A stretch of 64,000 nucleotides of DNA from Eledone cirrhosa (taxonomy: Eukaryota). Of this stretch, positions 62,501 through 64,000 are shown in pieces. The stretch spans positions 144,956,001-145,020,000 of the forward strand of contig OZ024740.1 in the NCBI GenBank assembly GCA_964016885.1. Direction: 5' to 3'. The notes under the pieces are model-generated. The model did no database searches, was not told the DNA's origin, and saw only the letters and a list, made by a program, of their open reading frames with translations. The position numbers and the translations under genes were made by a program. Every line of letters starts with the position of its first letter. Positions within the stretch are counted from its first letter, which is position 1.

Positions 62501-63638
62501 TCATGTCTAGAGTCCAAAAGCTCCAAAGCACTCTTCAAGTCACGGACGTACGGATGGGTTACATGGAGCATAGTTTGAAGTTCCGCAACAATGTTCCCAT
62601 CAACAGATGAATTGATCTTGCATCTTTGGGAAACTTCCTCATCATTCCCGTCCATGAAGAATATCTGAAGGAATTTAGGCTCCTCGCCTAGCTGTGGGTG
62701 AAGGCTTCCCATTAGGTGGTAACACTGACCTTGAATTTTGTAAGTGTACAGTTTTTCTTTCTTTCTTCGTTGTTGTCACAATTGCTGGCGACACCGGTGT
62801 TGTTGCTGTTGTTGTTCTTTTTGTTGTTCTTTTTGTTGTTTCTGCCATCCCTTACACCAAATGATGTCATAGCAAAGCATGAATTGTATCTCCAAATGCT
62901 TTTGCGAAACTTCACTCCGTGGTCAGAATTACCAGTGAGAAGATTTTCCAGCAAGTCAGGAGGATCAGCCAGCGCCTGAAGTCGAACTTTGCCCCCGGAA
63001 CAGCAAAGATCTGGAGCCTCACCGACCCACTTCTTAGCCCCACAGGACTGACACACCTTATCCATTTTTCCAAGAGCCAACTCCGGGTGATTGGTGTAAT
63101 CATCAGAAGGATTGTAGTTAAAGCCAGCTTTTAAGCAAAAAGTATCCCTTGTAGTAGCAGCATTTTCTTGAGGTTTACGCCGTCTACCTGCCAGCCTTTC
63201 TTCCCTTGCCTCCGGAGTCTTGTTGAGACGTGACAGTTGGCGTTGATTGCGGTCGGCAGCAAGACAGGCCTTCCTTGCCTCCGGAGTCTCCTCGAGACGC
63301 GAGCGTTGGTCGCGAGTGCGCTGGGCAGTAATACGGGCCTCCCTTGCCCCTGGGGTCTCGTTGAGACGTGAGCGTTGGCGCTGAATGCGCTGGGCAGTAA
63401 GATGGGCCTCCCTTGCCTCCGATGTCTTCTGGAGTTTTAAAAAAAACTGAATGCTTTAACTCGGCCACTACTGTTTTACAACTTCTCAAAACAGAAATAA
63501 TATTTTTATGGAGATAAAAGAAGCAAAACAACAAAGGATATCGATAAAAAAACGTACCTGCGCACGCACCTCCATTCTTCGCAATTTATGGGCTTTATTT
63601 CGTTTAGAAGAAAATACTGGTCGTTTTCGGTTAGGCAT
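59538..63638 (-). pseudogene. Helitron Rep/PIF1-helicase pseudogene (exon 63638-63558, intron 63557-63429, then frameshifted exon 2)
   Basis: CQSC...CCSGGKV, YLQYPLLFPYG, DLFITFTCNP, VEWQKRGLPHTHIL (HUH), KYICKYINKG (Y2), LAGDFRQTLPV, QFPIKLCFA, HGQLYVGCSRV. Helicase motifs I-II are deleted at ~60540. Confidence 0.9.
63200..63428 (-). repeat. 69-bp coding tandem repeat (23-aa STPR-like units)
   Basis: KTSEAREAHL.../ETPGAREARI.../ETPEARKACL.../KTPEAREERL in frame with the Rep ORF. Confidence 0.8.
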
Positions 63639-64000
63639 ATCGTATAACGATACTATAGAAGCAGTGTAAAAGTATTTTAGGTTAAATACTGAACCACTGA
63701 GAGCATGTAGTCGTTTCAATAAAAAGAGGCATTGAATGTAAAATGCTAAGCTAAAAGTCAAAATTAATGTCATTGTTTACGTATAATGAATTGGAAATGC
63801 TTCACTAATAGATGGATATAAAAGTATTTTAGGTTAAATAGTATAGGGAGGTGTGTAGGATACATACATACATACATACATGCATGCATACATAAATGGA
63901 GTTTGGCCAAGATAAATGCTCATACATGACTGTAAAGCGGGGAAAAACAACAACCCAATCTAGCAACATTGTCATCAATGGCCTAACTGTTTCACCGATA

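Larger units (their letters stand above)
59411..63638 (-). mobile_element. Helitron; 3' end defined, 5' end not located
   Basis: Minus strand hairpin AGCCCCGAGTGCAACTGGGCT, then CTAG|T at 59411; RepHel remnants upstream. Confidence 0.92.

Overview
This is a 64-kb AT-rich, repeat-dense animal window. It is probably cephalopod (octopus-like), inferred only from the SINE types and the (TA)n/(CATA)n load. The one recognisable host coding segment is a 44-codon first exon resembling the Tweety (TTYH) N-terminus (28013-28144, +, GTAAGT donor); the rest of the window may be its first intron. Larger mobile elements: a 5'-truncated RTE LINE with an intact RT and three cryptic C-terminal zinc fingers (3800-6568); a Penelope-like element (PLE) with ~690-bp inverted arms, RT, GIY-YIG and hammerhead ribozymes (16572-19739); a DD37D Tc1/mariner (49880-51182); a non-coding two-LTR element with an extended tRNA-Trp primer site (53671-55730); and a decayed Helitron with a cryptic intron and 23-aa repeats (59411-63638). 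Also present are CRE- and R4/Dong-like fragments, SINEs, MITEs and solo LTRs. The most notable pattern is a split between two microsatellite niches. (TA)n tracts hold small non-coding fold-back elements carrying several hammerhead variants, or a tRNA-like unit. (TATG)n/(CATA)n tracts hold head-to-tail chains of RTE-type elements and oppositely oriented R4-like elements. All family calls come from reading motifs by eye; no database search was run.
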